This document shows positions 21,828 through 34,614 of a DNA stretch of 64,000 nt, in pieces. A program made the translations under genes and the position numbers. Position 1 is the first letter of the stretch, and each line of letters opens with the position of its first letter. This DNA comes from Bugula neritina. Lineage: Eukaryota; Animalia; Bryozoa. Location of the stretch: contig OZ037766.1 of assembly GCA_964035545.1 (NCBI GenBank), forward strand, positions 25,656,339-25,720,338. The letters are read 5' to 3'. The notes beneath the pieces were generated by a model. It searched no databases. It was not told where the DNA came from and saw nothing but the letters and a program-made list of their open reading frames with translations.

Positions 21828-24800
21828 TTTTAGATGGTACTATATCACTGTATAATAAAAATACAAGCATATAGGTGTTATTAGCATTATCATCTTACCA
21901 ACGCCTTTTATAATGCTTGTAACAATGCTAACCAACTTTACTTGCTTTCCTGGAGCTCAGGCTACTCTGTTATAAAATATCTCTTATCGGGTTTGCAGCA
22001 ATTCATTTAAACGATTTGAAACACTGCTTGGTTTGACCATATTCTAGCATCAGTGAAAACATTGGCCACTCAATAATTTGACAGTGTTCAAAGGCCACAT
22101 ATTTTTCACAACAGGTGATCTTACAGTCACATAAATATCTGTTTTAGCTCTACTTTTAATGCTTTAAGTTATTTTTATATACATTTTGGCTATTTATAAG
22201 TAAGATCAAATGTAATTTTGCAATATTCTACAATCAAAAATTTGTATTTTAAGTTAATTTAAAGTAATAATTTATAGAAGCGCTGGCTATGGTGCTCAAA
22301 ATGATTTTTTATCATAACTGCATTTTATGGAGAGAGGTTTTATAATTTTGTTATAAGGCTGGCAAAAACCTTTGTCATAACGTGTTTGCAGTTTTCTCAA
22401 AAAATTGTATAAAACATGAAATTCTTATCTCTTGGAAATTGCTTATATTTGCAGCTTAAAGTTTTATCTATTAAGCTGTCTTTAAATTTATTTTGGAAAA
22501 ATCAACATCATTTAACAAATGCCAAGTATGAACTACAAATGTTTTGGTGCTATTCTTTAATTGTAGCACAAAATTTTATTAAACTGCTTTTTTAAAAAGC
22601 CGCTTTATCTAGCATATAAATGATATAAGCTATTATACTTCTTTTGTACTACTATATATATGCCATTCTTATTAGTATTTAGCCTATAATTTGCGATATG
22701 TTTCAGATTTAAAATATTTAAAATATAATTTGTTAATGTTTTTAGCTTTAGAGATTGATAACTAGCACGAGTTTATTATTTTGCTATAAATAATTACATT
22801 GTTTCCAAGGTATTTTTTGAAATATTGTGGTGCATATTATGCATCATTCAATATATTTAACAGTTTTTACAGTTGGCAGTAATTTATTCGTGGTTTTATT
22901 GAAAGCAGTAGTGCGTCAAACACACTTTTCTGATGACCAAGTAACCAAATTAAACTAATTTTAGTTTAGGAAGTACAACAGACACTTTAGTTCTACTCCC
23001 ACTCAATGCTGTTCCTTTTCACATGCCCTTAAGGTGACCTCAGATGTGTCATTTATAGTGTGTGAATATATTATATGCAGATGAAAAGTAGACCAAAATA
23101 ACTCTGTATAAAATCAACCAATGACTCATGAATTTACCAGTTAATTTTTTCTTCTCTTATTCCAATAATTGAAGCTGTCTGTAAACTGTGATTGACCAGT
23201 GGAATTGAGAGATATTTTTAAAAAGTGGAGAAATGGTCTGATTCATTTAGAGCATGGGGAAGAGTTGAAATTATGCTCAAGAAATGAAAATGCATTTTTG
23301 CATGTTACAACATAGGAAATATTTGAACATAGGAAACATGTGAATCATTTTTGACTAAGAAAGTTATTTTGATGCTTTTTGTTGCTTTTGATAGCATGGT
23401 AATTTCAAAATTTTTGTTAGACAGAATCCTTTTTTTTAGATGCATATCACATTAAATTTTAACTGGTATATAAACTTTGTTTATTGTAGGGCCTGTTAGT
23501 GATGGTACATCATTAAATTACTAGTATTTATCTGTCAGCACGTGAACTGACCAGCAGTACAAAGTGCTCTATGCCTGTAATATACCAGGCTAATTTAATC
23601 AAGGGGTATACCATAGAAGTCCATAAATTTGTAGCTCCCGTTGGAGTAAAGTATATAAGTATTCTTAAGCACATCATAGTAACTGTCTTGTTTGATTCAA
23701 ATTACTTGTTTGGGGATTTTGGAGTTAGGTCCCACAACTTCAAAATTGTGAACCAGAAACTACTGCACTCATTCACCTCCAACTCGGAGCTGCTTATAGA
23801 ACAATTCCTGTTATTAGCCTAAATATCATAATCATAAACTTAAGACGTCAATGTTGCAGTTTACTATAGTAACTCGAGGGCTAACCTCGTTATATAATAT
23901 ATGCTGGAGATGCAGACATTTTTTTTCCAATAATTTGTATATTATAGTGCTTTATATAAAACATGTTGATGAAGACTGAGCTTTGGACTTTAAATATTTT
24001 CAACCAGTATTTTTACTTTAAAGTTTTTAGAGTTGTCTTCTTCATGGTATGAGTTGCTATAAACAGCTTATATAACACATGTATTGCTATAAATTAAAAT
24101 AGTATGTCATATAATATAACTCTTCCTACATAATGTATCAAAATTCAACATTCTACAATGATTTTTTTAGATTCTATCATTTTAGATTTGACACTGCTGA
24201 TAAAAATGAATTGAAATTGTTCAAGCTAAGTCTTTCTACACAATAACCCATGACTAAAGCAAATAAAAAGACTGTTCAGTAAAAAAAATCATTTTATAAT
24301 AGGATAGAATAGTATTACAAAGTTATTTATTTAATAGAAACTGCAAATAGATGGTCTATTTTCATAACAAAAACTTAGAATTACAGCAACAAAACCTTTC
24401 TTATACTCTGTTATGCATTAAAATCTTAGTTCATTCAACCCAATTTCATCGAATAAACAAAAATTTTCACTTTGTTTTTTTGAGATTATAGCATGTGATT
24501 TTTATAACATATTTTTTAAAATGTCTCAAAATCTTTACATGTAGTATGTAACTATTATGGTACTGTATATAATTTACTCAGCTAGAAACTGAGGCCTATA
24601 CGTGTGAAGTTGCAATATTACATATTACATATGAAGTTGCAGTATTAAGTAAGTTATAAGCATTTTGTACAGCATTCATAATTCTTGTATACAGTAATGT
24701 AATAACATAGCATACAAATAAATACATATTTTTAGAGCTACTATCACAATTCAGCAAGCTATTATAGTGTTTCTTTTAATTAGCCTGACTTCTTGTGGTG

Positions 24801-25656
24801 AAATTAAATGATTACATTTCATTTCAGGGAAGTAACTCCAAGTATAGATGTTAATGCATGTTGCTTGTTTATTGGTCGCTGTAGCCTGTATTTCGTAATT
24901 GGCTTACAAAGCAGAAAAACTGATTGCACAAGTGCATATAAATTATAGCAGACGATAACATAGGTTAAATAGGATGAGGAGTTTAGGCAAGTTACACTTA
25001 TTACACCTATACAAATATGTCCATACCTTAATGAATGTCCTCTATGTTTTTGCAACTTACATAATTACTTGTTGAATAATTAAAATAGATAACACTTGGT
25101 TCTTTGATAAAAAGATAGATATATTTGGCACTTGGCGGTTTAGAATATTTTTAAAACATTATGTACACATCATGCTATGACAGTGAGCAAAATTCAAGAT
25201 AATTGTATAAATACAAAAATGATAAAGATTTGGTAATAACAATTGCTAGCAAATTTTAATGTCGAGAAAAGTTGGTACAAAGTGGCTGAAAAACAATTAA
25301 CAGTTTATAGTATTTTATTCCCTACTCTCAAATGTTATTTTCCATCTGCTACAATCACATTGAAAAAAGTATGTTTAAAATTGTTATTATAACAAAAAAT
25401 GAATATTACAATTGGTAAGAAATTTGATGAGAAATGGTGAGGAAGAAGAAGGAGTTATCCTTCTTCAGTTTATTCAGATAAACCCTCTTCAAGTTTATCG
25501 TCATGAAACTGATTAGAGAGAAAGAGCTTTTGGCTCTATGCCACATTAAACTCAATGATTGTTATTCTTGTAGCACATGAAAGTATTATTTATGCAGCAA
25601 ATAAGTTTATTGTACTTCTAGTAAAGCCATAAATTTCATTAATGTTTTTACTTGAA

Positions 25657-28600
25657 TTACCAAAAACTTCCACTGACATATTGCTTCCACGATCCTGGCA
25701 CGTAACCTCCACTACCTGGTGCATCACCATTGTTGTTTCCGTTACCTGTAATAGAAACAAAGGAATTACAGAATGATGAAAATGCTTTATTATGTTGCTT
25801 ACCATGTATATATAAATCATATTTTGTAAAAACCCTTAAAGCATTTAATGTTTAACTTATCTAGGTGCAAAACAATTCTTCATGGAAACATGTACCATTG
25901 TTTTAAAATGATGTCACAAAATAAATAAAGAAAATACTTTCCATGCAAATGAATTGCTAATGTAATTTAGTACAAATTTGGATAAACTTGAAATGTCAGA
26001 GTACAAGTGGAAGTAAAAGCTATATTCTTGCATGAATGATATTTTAAGTTTCGAATAATTATATACAACATGTGGAAATGCATATTATTCTATAAACCTA
26101 GTTTCACTATTATAGTGTTTTCCAAAGTCCAGTTAAAGAACTTTCAGAATACACAACTCTGCTCTATATGGCTAGGTTAAAACTATGCAATTAGTAAACT
26201 TTGGTGTAGGTTTAAGTGGTGGTATTCTTACCACTTCCATTGTTGGTTCCAACATTTCCATTGCCGTTATTTGAACCATTTCCACTTCCAACGTTACCAT
26301 TACCATTGCCTTGTCCATTGCCACTACCATCATTACTGTTGCCATTTCCCATACCATTTTGTGACCCTGCGTTATCGTTTCCATTTCCAACACCTAAAAA
26401 TAACAAGTTAATAAAAGTCAATTTATAATAGGAAAAGCATAAACAATAAACATGATATCAAAAATCAACACTAGTGTTGGATAGTATAGCGCTGTATTTA
26501 TTCCAGCATACCTTGCAAATAAACTGGTTTCTTTGCTATTTAATTTTATAATCTTTAAGGGTACATATTGATAATGCTAGTTATTTACTTACCATTTTTA
26601 TCACCAATGTTGTCATTTCCATTTCCAGCTCCATTACCACTTCCACTGTTTCCATTACCATTACCTTGACCATTGTTGTCACCTAGGTTGGCATTGCCAT
26701 TGTCTTCTCCATTTTTATTTCCGGCGTTTCCGTTACCATTTATTTGACCATTATTATTTCCTTCATTTTCATTACCTATAAGCAATAATAATTTTATAGA
26801 TCTATTAACATTTCGTTTTTATGGTTTATTAAACTAGTTTTAGTTAGCTGAGATTTAAAGGAGTCTTCTACTCTTTCTTACGACTGACTCACCATTTAAG
26901 CCTCCATTTCCGTTACCGCTGTTGTGGTTACCATTCATTCCTCCATTGTTGTTTCCAAGGTTGTCATTTCCACTTCCAAATCCATTACCAGTTCCGCTAT
27001 TGGAATTTCCCACTTCATTTGCGTTGTTGCTGCCATGGTTTCCATTACCGTTTGAAACGCCATTGCCATTGCCAGCGTTTGCATTTCCAACATTATTGCC
27101 ATTGTTGTTTCCTGTGTTTTCATTACCGTTGAGTTGACCGTTTCCATCTCCAGCATTTCCTAAATTTCAAGTTGTATGTTTGACATTAGATAATAAGTTA
27201 ATAAGCATGATGAGCACAGAACATATGAATCTGGTTTACATTTAGATGCAACATTTAGTTTCGCATTGCGTTGAAGCTCTTACCATTGCCTGCAGCATTT
27301 CCGTTGTCATTTCCATTATTCTTGTTTCCATTTAGTTGCCCATTTTCATTGCCACTGTTACCATTACCATTACCATTGCCATTAGAATTGCCGGAGTTAA
27401 CATTACCATTGTTTGCACCATTTTGATCACCACTGTTTCCACCTCCGTTACCATTTCCTGGAAAATATTGAAAGAATGTTAAAAATTGATTGAAACTAAA
27501 CCTTGTTCAGTTTAAAAATTATAAGTAGAAGTTTAGGTTTAAATTACAAACTTTTTAATTTATATTAGTAACACTTTTAAGGTTTGCTATTTATAGAAAA
27601 TATTTATATAGCTGTTGCATAATTAACGGCTCATACTTTTATGTGTCAAAGATATTTTACAAATAACTATAATATTGAATCTAATGACTATTTACTAAAC
27701 TACAATAGCTTACTAACCATTATGACTTCCTGAGTTGCTGTTGCCATTGAAATGTCCATTATTGTTGCCATTATTTCCAACTCCATTTCCATTACCATTT
27801 TGGTTTCCAGCATTACTACAAAGTGCAAGAAAGCATAAAATAAGAGTTATCTTCTATAACCTATAGTATATTCTATATTATGCTTATTTAGAATTGTAAA
27901 AATTAGAAAATAATAGTTATAAAAGTTAATTGCATAACACATGAAAAGATTTAAGAAAGCTGGCTAAACCAGATGCATTTACACTATGAGGTAGCAATCT
28001 TGCTAAATAAAGCTAGTGCTACAATTTAATAATTTTTAATGCCTTACTGATTTCCGTTGATGTTTCCACTTCCATTACCATCATTGTTCAATCCATTGCC
28101 ATTACCATTTGAGTTTCCGGTGTTAGCATTACCATTATCAACTCCATTGTTTTTGCCAGTGTTCGTGTTTCCATTATTATTACCATTTGATCCCCCAATA
28201 TTTCCTGTAAAATGATAAAAATGCTATGTATAGACCACATTGCTTGATGTAGCAATTTAAAAAGCTGAGTTAATTTAAACCTAGTTTAGTAATTTTATTA
28301 ATTGGGTCTACTTTCCCAAATTTTAATTCAAAAGGTAGTAGCCAGAAAGATGAAACAAGCCAATAAATTTAAAATCTTTCATCAGGTTTTATCATATTGA
28401 ATGTAGACTAACCATTGCCGTTTTCACCTCCGTTGTGGCTACCGATATTTGCAAGTCCATTTGCATTACCATTGTCATTGCCTTTGTTATCATTTCCATT
28501 ATTGACTCCATTGCTATCTCCTGTATTACCATCTCCATTCACATTTCCATTGCTAGATCCGACATTTTCTGCAAAGAATAATCAGAATATTCAAATTGAG

Positions 28601-30869
28601 CTTATAGAAATATTAAACCTACATCCTATTGTATCTACTTTTTAGATACTATATAGTCAACGTAGACCCTCTCTAAATTGAATAAATGCTTTGTCATTAA
28701 AACTTTAAAACATGTTGTCATAGAAAATAGACATTTCAAATATTTATCGAGCTTAGTCAGAATATGTTGAACCCACATACTGAAGTTTAATTTACACTTA
28801 CTGCCGCAATTAACTTTCGGAGTTATAAGTTTTCATAAGATGTCATTTTGTAAATTTAGAATACACTTACTGTTTCCATTGTCTTTTCCGTTTCCTGAGC
28901 CAGTGTTCTCTACACCATTCAAGTTTCCATTGTCATTGCCATCATTGAGATTGCCATTGTTGTTACCATTCATGTTTCCAGTGTTATCGTTACCATTAGA
29001 ATTACCATTGCCAACACCATCGTTTGTATTGCCATTACCATTTCCATTTGCATTACCATGGTTTGAATTACCATTGCTATTTCCTTGTTGTAAACCATCA
29101 TTACCTATTTAAATTATATTTGTCTTAGAAATGTCATATAATTTGGAGTAAGGTTAAGCCGAAGCAGCATATTTATCAAGTTTTAAGATTGGGTGCTATA
29201 GTGAGAGACAAACAAACCTAACATATATCAGTTTATTTAAAAATAGTATCTTCATTTTTTGACAAAAATTGATTAAGTGTGGGGCTATGGGCATGTAACA
29301 AAATTTATTAACTTGCATTAGATTATCCAATCTAGGTTTTTAATATTAATAAAGACAGTGTCACAGTATATGACACTCAAAGCATATTATATTTTATATA
29401 ATCCTGCAAATAATCATCATTTCCGTATAGATATAAGATTATAGGTGGCTGATCCTAATTATTTCAATCCACAAACCACACTTGTATATGTAAAGCGCTC
29501 AGTATTAACTCTTCAAACTGTCACAGTTAAAAAGCATTTATTATGGCTGTTTTCTTATAGGTGTTGTTTCAATAAATTATTATCAAATGTAAATTTTTAT
29601 CTCAATACATATTTCCTGGTTACAACTATTTTTTGGTTATTTCTAACAGCTAAATTATTATGCAGAGATTGTAACTATATTAGACAATTTAAGGTATATG
29701 ATTCAATAATGCTATTTACCATTTCCATTAGCATTGCCATTCAAACTGCCGTCATTGCTGTTGCCATTATTATTGCCGTTTTTGTCTCCAGCATTCTCAT
29801 TTCCATTCTCGTTACCGTTCTTGTTTCCAATGACCAAGTTTCCATTGAAGTTACCATTAAATGTACCATTATTGGCATTACCATTTCTGTTTCCAACATC
29901 TGTACCATTGTTTCTAAACAGATCACGTCAAACATTAATGTTATACTTATAACTCAAAACTAGTTTTTAAGAAATACAAAAAGTAACCCGCATTAGTTAA
30001 AAATAGCTTTTGCATTTTTATACAGCGTAAAAGCATAACGTTTATTTTTATTTATTATAGCTGTCAAAACATTTACTTATAGCAAAATAAATAATTTGTT
30101 ATAAAAAGATTATTGTGAAAAAGATAGCTTACCCGTTGCCATTTGCATTTCCATTGTCATTGCCTGAGTTGGAATTTCCATTTACAGTACCAATATCACT
30201 ACCAGTGTTTCTGTAACAATTTTAATTAATCAAAGATTATGTGCATGTTTGAAAAATAAGAAATTAAAATTAATATTTACATAATATTGTAAACATTTAT
30301 AGCATTCAAAAATAAATGCAGGAAATTATATATTGATATATTGCAGCATGATAACATATAATAATGAATGTCTGTCAAACTTGTAAATACTGACCTATTT
30401 CCATTTAGGTTACCATTTCCTGCACCATCATTACCGTTGCCGTTGATATTACCTCTGTTAGAACCTACAGTAACAATAGTAACAATTTTGTTTCTTTGAA
30501 ATATTGCATCGTAGTATAAGTTGTGATAACTTATTTAGACCAAAACTGAAGAAAATCAATTCTTCGATTCACACAGCATAGCTTTACATATGAGGTTATA
30601 ATATCGTTCTTGAACTATTACCATGAAAATGCACAGAAGACCGCAAACTACACAATCTTAAAAGAAGCTTTTTTAAAAAAAATCTACTTCTTACCAGCTT
30701 CATTTTCATTTCCGTTACTAGATCCGGTTTCATTTCTCTGCCAAACTCGGAAATCTTGCTGAATTTTATCAGCCCTGGCTCTCCATCCTTCACCAATAGG
30801 AGTAGCATGTGACACAATTGCTATGGTGACCAGCACCAATGCTATGATGACAGACTTTTGATGAACCAT
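25657..30869 (-). CDS. Secreted Asn/Gly-rich 13-residue tandem-repeat protein, paralogue B (678 aa, 45 repeats, 13 coding exons)
   Basis: Exons 30869-30695, 30464-30395, 30210-30133, 29913-29720, 29104-28871, 28568-28413, 28204-28048, 27815-27718, 27457-27284, 27159-26893, 26775-26593, 26393-26232, 25745-25657 (2037 nt). Signal peptide MVHQKSVIIALVLVTIAIVSHA, then WRARADKIQQDFRVWQRNETG, the repeats, and tail DAPGSGGYVPGSWKQYVSGSFW*. Probable non-coding first exon ~31270-31171. Confidence 0.9.
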
Positions 30870-31296
30870 CTTCACAAGTCTAAAAGTACATGATTGGTTT
30901 TGGTTTTTAGGTTGTATAGTTGTTTTTAATCTTCTGGTTGCTTCTAGCCAACTTTGAGATGAGCACTGGTCTTTACTTGTCCATTTAAATTTAAATAAGA
31001 TGCAAAAATTACATTGTTAACTAAGCTAATGATAATATTTTCAAACAAAACTTGAAAATAAGAAACTAAAGTTATATTTCTTTGCAAAGATTAATTGAAA
31101 CTCAAAACTATTGTGTGAAAAAATAAAAGTTTGGAAGTGAATGCAATGTTAACAGCTCGAAGATAAATACCTGATAATTTAGTTGAAGTCTTAGTAGAAA
31201 AGTAAATCCGATCAACGGAATAATTCACTTGAAGGTTTAAGTCACCTTAAAGCTGCGAACAGACACTGTATGATCTGAGCTGTGCACAACAGTCTA

Positions 31297-31343
31297 ATAT
31301 ATATACACAAAACATACGTAAAAGCAATGATGAAATGATTCAT
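31297..31343 (-). promoter_or_regulatory. TATA box and upstream AP-1-like element of paralogue B
   Basis: Minus-strand TATATATAT at 31305-31297 just upstream of the probable UTR exon; ATGATTCAT at 31335-31343. Confidence 0.45.
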
Positions 31344-34300
31344 GTACATTTAAAATAGATTGGATTAAAAGTATGATTTTTTCCTCATTATTCAAAAGGT
31401 AGTTTGGCTTTAGTCACGTCTCATTAAGTAGTTGCCTTGATGTGTTTAGGAAATAGGGCTATACTGTAGGCTAAAATGATCAAGCCTGTCTTAGGCATGA
31501 CACTTAATTAATTATCAGGAAGTGACATTCGGTTACCATGGTTACAGATTGAATCCGCCTTCTGCATTAATACTCTCGATGCTATTATCAGCATATTATT
31601 ATATTCTCTTTTGAAGCTGAAACAAGCTTATACACACTGCAAAGTGATGACGAATGAGGCATGTCCTTAATTACAGTATGTATATGTATATACAGGCAGT
31701 CATCACTTAGTGCATACTTTATTTCTATTTGGCATTTTGACAATTTCTTTTAGGCTAGCAACTAAAGTAGACACCACATTTTTAATTTTGATCAATATTA
31801 TGGGAGTCGTGAAAGTTTTGAGAAAGCTTCAGCGGAGCAATAAACTATTATTAATATTACTATTGAAAATATTATTGAGATGAAGCAAAACCGTAGACAC
31901 AATGTTGATTATGTAGGATGTTTATTGGTAGGTTACAGAGAGTGCGAATTGTGTTTGAAAAAAGCTATTAATCACAACATGGCTGGCACTAAATGGGTAG
32001 TGATGTGAGTGTTGTGAATTATAGGATGTGGTATGCCCTCTACGTAAGTGTCCCCGGAATGCCAATGCTTACAATCAACATGCTCTGTTATTCACAGATG
32101 AACTATCATCTAGAGATTGCAAAACTGAACTAGAATTTGGTGACATCACCAAATATAGTAAAATTGCTTTTGCAAATACATGCATTTCTTTATAGAAACC
32201 CTTAGTAGATCTACCAAATACATTTAGTTTTATAGAATAAAGTTTAATTTGTTGCAAGTAAATGAAGGTGTGTTTTAAGAAACAAAGGTATTGGTGAGAG
32301 CTTGTTGGGTTAGAAGTTAGTGGGGCTCTTCTAAAAACGTGCAGTCATGTAACCTAACAGCAAATTTGTGCACAGAAAAATAGTGCAATATAACTAAAGG
32401 CATGATAGAAAAAAACATGGTAACCAAGGACACAGTAGAGAAAATAATAATATACAGGATGGAGTACACCACACACAAAAAGTTGTTGAGAACTAGAAGT
32501 GAAGGAGTAAAAAGTACCAATATATACATAACACAGTTTAGTTATCTTGGCAAGGGAGTTGGTATTAGCTTGATGTGGGGTGCTAGAGAAACATGTGCAG
32601 TCGCACGGTAATGCGATGAGTATATGTGGGTTGTGGCTGGTTTGTGCTCTGTTTCCTAACCAATCAGCACTTTGCCTAAATAAGTATATGGCATAACTAT
32701 TAATCTAGTCAGTCCTGTTCATAGTCATATTCAATCATTTCTTTTGCCAGTTGTATAGCATTGCTAATAAAGTTGCTTCACCTTGCCATATGTGTTCAAC
32801 TGCACAATTCTAAGCTATTAAATAATATATTATAAGACTATACTGTTAGTTTTATCTTATGAGCAGGTATAATAAACTGATATAATAAAGCTGGTGGTTT
32901 CCTTGAATCTGCAGGATCTCCCTAAGAGGAATAAAAGCAATAAACCAGGTTTAATCTTTGAAGAAGGAAATTGCTAGATAAACAACTAACAGCTTTATGG
33001 TCTGAGCAGATTAAATCACCATTAGGATAATCTGGTAGAGGTTTGCGGTATAAATGTTAGTCACTTTCTTATCATACTTCCAATCAATTACTAAGCTAAA
33101 ACTGATCATGCGTGGTTTGTTAGGTTTTTACTTTATCAACTGATGCCAAGTGCTTATTCCAGCAGAACTGTTAATGTTTCTGAAGCAGCCAATAAAACAA
33201 AGTGTATATACCTGAATTGCGTTCCTATAATGCCTCATGTTATTAGGGCAACTACAAGTTTGTTAGAAGTCACCAAAACAGAAATATTTTTATTTTTTAA
33301 ATTTTTTTCGCTCCATGACTTTTCATGTAATGTTCTATGGTACTCTGAGGTAATTAGTACTGCACGGAAATTGGTGAGATAGGAATTTTATTTTGGCAAT
33401 AGCTAGTATAGCCATTGCATGTTGATTTCACTGTACCTGTTCGTAAGCCCGTGCCATTGGCCAACCGCCAGGCTAGTACAGTCACGACTGCAGAAAGCAA
33501 GTGAGCACTAGTGCTTGTACTTGTGGGTTCATAGTACATCTGGGAATTTTTCACTTCCAAATGATTATAACTTGTAAAACATATCCTCATTGTTGTAATG
33601 AACAAGCGCATGCTCAATTTCTTTCAATGAATCACACAGTGCTTTAATAGCCTAATGGCTATTAGATTTGCAAAGTATAAGAAAACCTGCCTTAATCTGA
33701 TTGGTTAAAATGACTTGCTCGTCACCACTTCGGAATATGAGTCATAATTTTATGGCTTTATTGAGACTTTACTAAATATAATTTCTTATCTTAATTATAA
33801 CACCTGGGACATTAAAACTTGCGGTGTATCACCCACACGTTAGTTATAGATAATATAATTTAGATTATAATGTCACGTTTATGAATATGTATATACTTCA
33901 TACCTTTTCTAGTTAATATATTAATCCTCACCACGCTTTTGAATGTTTTGCTATCGCTTTACACGTAAACTTTTGATGTAGCAAACAAATAATATTGTTA
34001 TGAATCGACTATCATTAAAATTCATTCTTATGTTCAAAAAATTTACATATATGTGAATAATGTGGTATGCAGGTGCAGGTATGTGTACGGATATTATATA
34101 GAGTAAAGTATTTCAAATGAAATACTGCTTTGCCCACTCACAATTTATTGCAAAAACAATTAATTTCCTAATTAACATATTTACGGAAATACAAGAAATG
34201 AGCTGAGGAAAAACATTTAGGGTTTTATTTTTCTAATTATACTGACAGGAACAGGAAAATATAACAATTCAGTTAACTTTCAAGTAATTTTGGTGATCTA

Positions 34301-34399
34301 ATTAGGAATATCCTAAAAGAAATTTTTTTCTTTATTGATCCTAAAGTCATATATAACATTAAATTTTTTAAAAATTCAACTTCATCTATTTAGTATACA

Positions 34400-34614
34400 T
34401 AACTCATGTGGGTTTGTAGTCGCTTTCCCTGTGAGAACCTTTGATGGAAAGGGTTCTTTAATCAAGCTAAAGATTTTCTCCCTATTGTGGCAAAAAAGAA
34501 ATTATGGCAGAATACTCTTTTTAACATCACCATTGGCATTTATCAAGAAGATCAACCCACTGCAGCTCGTGTTTAATTAGCTAGTGCTCTAACCAGTAGA
34601 CCACTGCTGCTTCC
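34400..34614 (-). mobile_element. Diverged copy of the tRNA-derived SINE
   Basis: Reverse complement begins ggaagcagcagtggtctactggttagagc, contains ggtgatgttaaaaagagtattctgccataat and ends gcgactacaaacccacatgagtt, colinear with the 21617 copy. Confidence 0.7.

Noticed and set aside
11619-29963. Plus-strand Pro/Leu/Phe- or Ile-rich ORFs (e.g. MLPIFPLPLF..., 29445-29963) and Met-rich minus-strand ORFs
   Set aside because: Antisense or off-frame shadows of the Asn/Gly repeat exons.
11181-30869. Bacterial PPE-MPTR/RTX gene, contamination or recent horizontal transfer
   Set aside because: Many spliceosomal introns, eukaryotic signal peptides, and a 13-mer period unlike the PPE pentapeptide or RTX nonapeptide; no PPE domain.
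31900-33100. Possible decayed LINE or coding remnant (short ORFs 32075-32611)
   Set aside because: Only vague motif resemblance; no continuous frame or recognisable domain.
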